Below are positions 59,085 to 64,000 of a stretch of 64,000 nt of DNA, piece after piece. The notes beneath the pieces were generated by a model, which saw only the letters and a program-made list of their open reading frames with translations, made no database searches and had not been told where the DNA came from. Origin of the DNA: an uncultured delta proteobacterium (GTDB taxonomy: Bacteria; Desulfobacterota; Desulfomonilia; Desulfomonilales; Desulfomonilaceae). Position 1 is the stretch's first letter; each line of letters starts with the position of its first letter. Where the stretch lies: positions 512,001 through 576,000 of the forward strand of contig CAWBKB010000003.1 of NCBI GenBank assembly GCA_963789265.1, given 5' to 3'. The position numbers and the translations under genes are program-made.

Positions 59085-59693
59085 ATGAAACGATTGTTGT
59101 TACTGGGAGTTATGATTTTCGTGGTCTGCTCTCCTCTGATAGTCAGTTATGCAGACGATGTCTACTGGGACAGAAACCCACCCGAAGAACCAACGATCAC
59201 GAACAAGGATTTCGACCTGAATTTCGGGGCGCCGGCTGCCAAGTCTTTTGGAGACATGGAAATTTACGATCAGCCGAAAGACATTTTCGAGAATGAGGAA
59301 TCGGCCACGCCGGCCACCTCGGCAACCCCGACTACGGCTGCCGAACCGGGAACTCCGATTGCTCCGACTGAGCCTGCGATTCGCGGTCCCATACAACAAC
59401 CCCGCAGCGTGACTCGTCGTTCAAGAGAGGGGTCTGTAGGTGCCCCGGGCTTCACACCGAAACCCTCCGAGATTATCCCACAGGCCACTGAAACCGCCCC
59501 GGGCAAGAAACAATCCGTTGTTAAGCCCCACAGGGAATCGCCTGCCACTCAGGTCCAGCCCAGCAATGTCAACAAGGCGGCGCCTGCTTCCGTGGAAGAA
59601 GAGGCCAAACCCGGCAAGAAGAAGCTGAAGTGGGGACAGTTGGACGTGCAGTCAGCGGAGCCTAAAACCAAGTTGAAGTGGGGAGAACGATAA
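59085..59693 (+). CDS. Secreted Pro/Thr/Ala-rich hypothetical protein
   Basis: AAGGAG RBS, signal peptide, low-complexity middle, duplicated C-terminal KLKWG motif. Confidence 0.75.
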   Translation: MKRLLLLGVMIFVVCSPLIVSYADDVYWDRNPPEEPTITNKDFDLNFGAPAAKSFGDMEIYDQPKDIFENEESATPATSATPTTAAEPGTPIAPTEPAIRGPIQQPRSVTRRSREGSVGAPGFTPKPSEIIPQATETAPGKKQSVVKPHRESPATQVQPSNVNKAAPASVEEEAKPGKKKLKWGQLDVQSAEPKTKLKWGER

Positions 59694-59795
59694 TCGGCCG
59701 AATTGGCTTCTCTGAGGGGGGCAAAAGAAAAGGATTCCTCGTCGTCCAGCCATTTCGGGCGCTTAGTACAGGTTTTCATAAATACGGACGCGGAT

Positions 59796-59870
<75 letters not shown>

Positions 59871-59983
59871 CCAAAGGCGATTATCCCCACACGAGCTGGT
59901 ATTTCGTGTAACCCTATTTAGGAAATAGAGTACTTAGGATTTCATGTTCGCCGTACTGTTACGCAGGTGAAACGAAACGAGGA

Positions 59984-60703
59984 TCATTCTCTTCTAGCAC
60001 CCAACTTGATATGGCCGTCTTTTTGGAGCCGCATAAGAGCCACTTCTATATTATAGTCCCGGATATTAAGCCCTTTGGAGATCGCGACGATTTCGCCATC
60101 CTCAACCCCGACCTCCATAGCCATGATCTCCTTTGCTTGTTGAAGCCCTGCCAGGTTTACCGGGAAGCCCGACCAGAGATTCCAGGATCTGAAGTACACG
60201 ATCCAGTGGAGCTTGTTCTCCATGATGCGGGTGTCTACCAATCTCATGCACGGGCTGGAGCCGTCGGATTGATCGTAGAAAAAAATGTCCTCCGGCCGAC
60301 CGACTTCCATGCACATACGATTGGTACGGGGTCCGTGCTTCTTGTAGTAATCAATCACATATTGCCAGGCGATCTGTAATCGTTCTCCATAAGTATAATG
60401 CTCGCCGGGCGCTTTCTGCGATGAGAGGAGGTAAGGCATGTATTCAGCCAGATACTTCTCGTCCGCCACGGGGGGGAGGTTAAGATGCTCCGGGATTTGA
60501 GGCAGAAGAGGCCGAGCTCCGGGTTGTTTGATATGGATTGTGGCCATGTCGAATTCGATGCGGTCTGCACCCGGGTTGGATCCTGTCTGGACAGTATACC
60601 GCCGGGCAGCACCGTCAGGTTTGCGGGACTCTTCGATAAGTGTGTACAAGCATTGGAACCAAGCATCCGGTATGGTGGTGGCCTCGATGAAAATTGGCTT
60701 CAT
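59984..60703 (-). CDS. Thymidylate synthase superfamily protein (short, archaeal-like, non-canonical active site)
   Basis: YTYGERL, SPCMR (catalytic Cys), YFRSWNLWSGFPVN, SKGLNIR. Confidence 0.8.
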   Translation of the reverse strand: MKPIFIEATTIPDAWFQCLYTLIEESRKPDGAARRYTVQTGSNPGADRIEFDMATIHIKQPGARPLLPQIPEHLNLPPVADEKYLAEYMPYLLSSQKAPGEHYTYGERLQIAWQYVIDYYKKHGPRTNRMCMEVGRPEDIFFYDQSDGSSPCMRLVDTRIMENKLHWIVYFRSWNLWSGFPVNLAGLQQAKEIMAMEVGVEDGEIVAISKGLNIRDYNIEVALMRLQKDGHIKLGARRE

Positions 60704-60859
60704 GGTGCTACTCCAAGCAAAAACTCAGGTCTCTGTCGAATTCCGACGTCCGCAACGCGGACTAATGGTTTGATGATTCGGCCATTCCCTATATCCGATT
60801 CGTTTCGCTAATGCCAGATTTTTCCGATGATTTGGACAGCGGTCCAACATCTGGTATAG

Positions 60860-61546
60860 GTGACGTGTGGCTCGGATTTCCGGAAAGACGAGGCGAAGTT
60901 GACTTTCAGTGCAGCGCCATTGAGAAATGATCATGATTCCGCCGGCTCTTCCAAAGAGACTTCGCAGAGTCAGCCCGGTCGAGGGAGTCGTAGCATATTT
61001 GGAAGATATTTCATTGAGCCGTTCACAGGCTCCAATAGTCCCCCGTGGTTCGATGCACGCGGAGTTGCCGTAGGGCTTTTCATAGGACTGGGCCTTCCCA
61101 TCGGCATCCAGACGGTGGTGCTCGGCGTGCTCAGATTGTTGTTCAGGTTCAATACGATCATCGCTTTTGCCTGCACTTGCGTCAACAATCCAATTTCCAT
61201 TATCCCGATGTATTATGGATACTACTGCTTGGGCTCTTTCATGCTTGAAAAGCATGCTGTCGTCAGCGCGGAACACTTTCGAAGCATGATGGGTCCTGTT
61301 TTACACGCCCATCATTTCTGGCAGTCAGTGGAGGCATTTGTGTACCTGGGTTGGGACATAGTAGTTAGATGGTTTCTCGCGGCCCTAATCGTTGCCTCGA
61401 TATGTTCGCTCATCGGATATGTAGCCAGCTTCCGGGTTTGGGAGGGCCGGTGTAGAACAAAGGCCAAAAAACTTGGATTAACATACGAGAAGCTTCTCGC
61501 GAAGCTTGAAGAACCGATGGAAAAAAATGGAGAAGCTCAAGACTGA
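60860..61546 (+). CDS. DUF2062 membrane protein (start uncertain)
   Basis: SPPWFDARGVAVGLFIGL..PIG.Q, NNPISI.P.YY..Y.LG. Confidence 0.8.
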   Translation: MTCGSDFRKDEAKLTFSAAPLRNDHDSAGSSKETSQSQPGRGSRSIFGRYFIEPFTGSNSPPWFDARGVAVGLFIGLGLPIGIQTVVLGVLRLLFRFNTIIAFACTCVNNPISIIPMYYGYYCLGSFMLEKHAVVSAEHFRSMMGPVLHAHHFWQSVEAFVYLGWDIVVRWFLAALIVASICSLIGYVASFRVWEGRCRTKAKKLGLTYEKLLAKLEEPMEKNGEAQD

Positions 61547-61827
61547 ATTCATAATCCCCGCCCGATGCAATAGTTAACCGCGGGCAGGAGTTCACCGCGG
61601 AGAGCGCAGAGGCCGCAGAGAATTATAGTTTCGCTGCACGTCTATTCGACGGAGCACTCTAAATTCCGGCATGCAATGGTGAGGACAATGCCGGCTTGAC
61701 TATACGCACCCACGACTCGCGTGGCTCTGAATAAGCATCTTTTCCCTCTGGGTTCTCGGCGGACTCTGAGGTGAATCTTGACCGCCCCTGAAATGCCCGC
61801 TGCCGAATTTTCCGGTTGGTACTAGTC

Positions 61828-62163
61828 CTAATCCGGCATCCCTGCATCAATCCATTCAGCTATCTCCTCGATTTGGTCGCTCGACAGGTACGGGCCACCT
61901 GACGGCATTCTGCGATAGCCTCCAATGGGGCCTCTGAGAATTCTGACCAGATTGGTTTCCTGAGACTGTCCGTTCCCCACCTTCTCCGCGTCTATGAGAC
62001 GCTTTCCATAAGGCTCGCTTGCCGCCAACTCCTCCTTTGTCTCCCATCCGATTTGTCCTTCATGGCTAGCTTTCATTTTTGGTTGGCGGCCGTTCTCAGC
62101 CTCCCACCGCTGCAATGCACTATCCAACAGCTCTTTAATTCTCGGCCAGTGTACATCCGCCAT
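61828..62163 (-). CDS. Hypothetical protein with cytochrome c-like C-terminal motif but no CxxCH
   Basis: GGAGG RBS; NLVRILRG....RMPSGGPYLSSDQIEEIAEWIDAGMP. Confidence 0.7.
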   Translation of the reverse strand: MADVHWPRIKELLDSALQRWEAENGRQPKMKASHEGQIGWETKEELAASEPYGKRLIDAEKVGNGQSQETNLVRILRGPIGGYRRMPSGGPYLSSDQIEEIAEWIDAGMPD

Positions 62164-62212
62164 CAATTACCTCCCGCCCGCAATAGACCAATCTAAAAAT
62201 AATATGTGGCAT

Positions 62213-62888
62213 TCATCGGTTTCGGACCACGCCCACCTGTCGGCAGTAGGGCAGCACAGCGCATCGAGAGCAGAAAGGCGAAATGGGTCTACAGATGTTC
62301 TGGCCCCAGGTTACAAGAAGGTCGTTGTATTCTATCCAGGTACTCTTTGGGCAGTTTTGCCCTCAGAGCAAGCTCAGTCAGTTCCGGCGTTTTCGTACTG
62401 ACATATCCAAGCCTGTTGCTGACCCTGTGAACATGAGTGTCCACGCAAATGCCAGGCTTTTGAAAACCGAGTGTTAACACAAGATTGGCGGTCTTCCGTC
62501 CCACCCCCTTCAGTTTCAAGAGCACTTCCAGATCGTCCGGGACTTTCCCTCCATGCTTGCCGATCAGCTCCTTACTGATATGTCTTAGTGTTCGGGCTTT
62601 GGTTTTGTAGAAACCCACGGGAAAAATCAGCCGAGCTATCTCTTCTTCCGGCAGGCGCAGTATTTCTTCAGGGCTCCCGCCTTTCGCGAGCAGCCTGGCC
62701 GCGGCCTGACGTGTGACCTCGTCCTTTGTGCGCAGAGAAAGAATCGTGGAGACGAGCACGTGGAAAGGGTCTCGGCTTCGATGAGAGATTTCCGTCACTA
62801 TCGGAACAGCCATGCGGCGGATTTCTCTCCGAAGAATTGCAATTATCTTATGGATGTCGGGTACTCGCTGGTCACGCTGCAATGTCAA
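62213..62888 (-). CDS. nth: Endonuclease III; +1 frameshift near 62339
   Basis: [27 protein letters not shown]; after the shift [32 protein letters not shown] (4Fe-4S motif). Confidence 0.92.
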
Positions 62889-63850
62889 TACTTCACTCCC
62901 ACTCTTTCCCTCACTAAATCCAGAGTCTCAACCGCGATTGCCCGGGCCTTTTCCGCCCCCGCGGCCAGGATTTGTCGAATATGACCCGGATCTGAGACAA
63001 GTCTCTGCCTTTCCGCTCGCGCGTCTCCAAAGAAATCCCATAGGATTGCGGCCAGTTCTTTTTTTATGGCGCCATAGGAGGCTCCTCCCTGCCTGTAAAG
63101 CACCTCCACCTCGCGTATTCTCTCGGGTGGGGCAAAATGGCGGTAAATCTGGAACAAGTTGCAGGTCTCGGGGTTTTTCGGCTGATCGACAGGGGTGGAA
63201 TCAGTCAGTATGCTCATGACCTTCTTCTTCAGGGTCTTTTCGTCCAAGAAGATTTCGATGGTGTTGTAGTACGACTTGGACATCTTTTGTCCGTCAATTC
63301 CCGGGATCACAGCAACGTCATCGCTGATCTCGCCTTCCGGGATAACAAAGGTCTCGCCGTAAATATGGTTGAATTTCAGAGCGACATCGCGAGTGACCTC
63401 AATGTGCTGCTTTTGATCTTTTCCCACCGGCACAAGGTTTGACTGGTAAAGCAGGATGTCCGCAGCCATGAGCACAGGATAGGCAAACAGCCCATGATTA
63501 GGAGAAATTCCCTTGGCTATCTTGTCCTTGTACGAATGGCAGCGTTCCAACAAGCCCATCGGAGTGATGCAAGTCAAGATCCATGCCAACTCCACCACTT
63601 CGGGAACGTCCGACTGGACCCAAAAGAAACATCGATCAGGGTCCAGACCCAGGGCAAGGAAGTCCGCCGCAGCTTCCAATGTGCCTCGAGCCAGCTTCTC
63701 TCTATCACTTACGCTGGTTAAGGCGTGGTAATTGACGATGAATACAAAAAGCTCCTCGCGATTCATATAAGAAAGCATCGGTTTCATCATACCCAAGTAG
63801 TTGCCGATGTGCAGAGAACCACTAGGTTGAATACCTGACAGAACTCTCAA
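62885..63850 (-). CDS. trpS: Tryptophan--tRNA ligase
   Basis: [42 protein letters not shown] + TTG. Confidence 0.98.
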   Translation of the reverse strand: MRVLSGIQPSGSLHIGNYLGMMKPMLSYMNREELFVFIVNYHALTSVSDREKLARGTLEAAADFLALGLDPDRCFFWVQSDVPEVVELAWILTCITPMGLLERCHSYKDKIAKGISPNHGLFAYPVLMAADILLYQSNLVPVGKDQKQHIEVTRDVALKFNHIYGETFVIPEGEISDDVAVIPGIDGQKMSKSYYNTIEIFLDEKTLKKKVMSILTDSTPVDQPKNPETCNLFQIYRHFAPPERIREVEVLYRQGGASYGAIKKELAAILWDFFGDARAERQRLVSDPGHIRQILAAGAEKARAIAVETLDLVRERVGVKY

Positions 63851-64000
63851 GGCGGCCTCCTTTCTCTCTTTCAGCCTTGGACCGAACTGCCTGTTGTGAC
63901 TATGGCAATTGCCGGGCCATTCGACCAATTCTTGATAACGCAATCGTCACCCTGCAAGCTCGATGGGCGGTTCGCCGGGATGACTGTAATTTGCAATTCG

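Overview
This looks like a 64-kb chromosomal window from an anaerobic Desulfobacterota. A Desulfomonile-like organism is inferred from gene content and from a repeated N-terminal 'INxxEIxADIxAGMDxxxLxEKYxLS' domain. Housekeeping genes are ispG, rmlABC, argS, gyrA, trpS, nth, archease and rtcB. Five modules stand out: (i) a sigma54 regulon with a receiver-domain Lon, a TauE/SafE exporter, AxAFAEAGE-motif proteins, HK/RR and USP, sharing a 17-bp palindrome; (ii) a class III PHA cluster with an extra PhaC-like paralog and a ferredoxin; (iii) a translationally coupled korABC-hdrA/mvhD-hdrC block within korD-korABC-hdrA/C/B-mrp; (iv) an accessory island between archease and rtcB with HicAB and a putative RelE/BECR-like nuclease overlapped by a promoter-driven, GNRA-rich antisense RNA; (v) a thymidylate-synthase homolog with altered substrate-binding residues. 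Intergenic DNA holds nested MITE/REP-like repeats. Several genes have single extra-base frameshifts, mostly in short homopolymers, which are probably assembly errors. No rRNA, tRNA or CRISPR array was seen. All protein calls come from motif recognition, not database searches.
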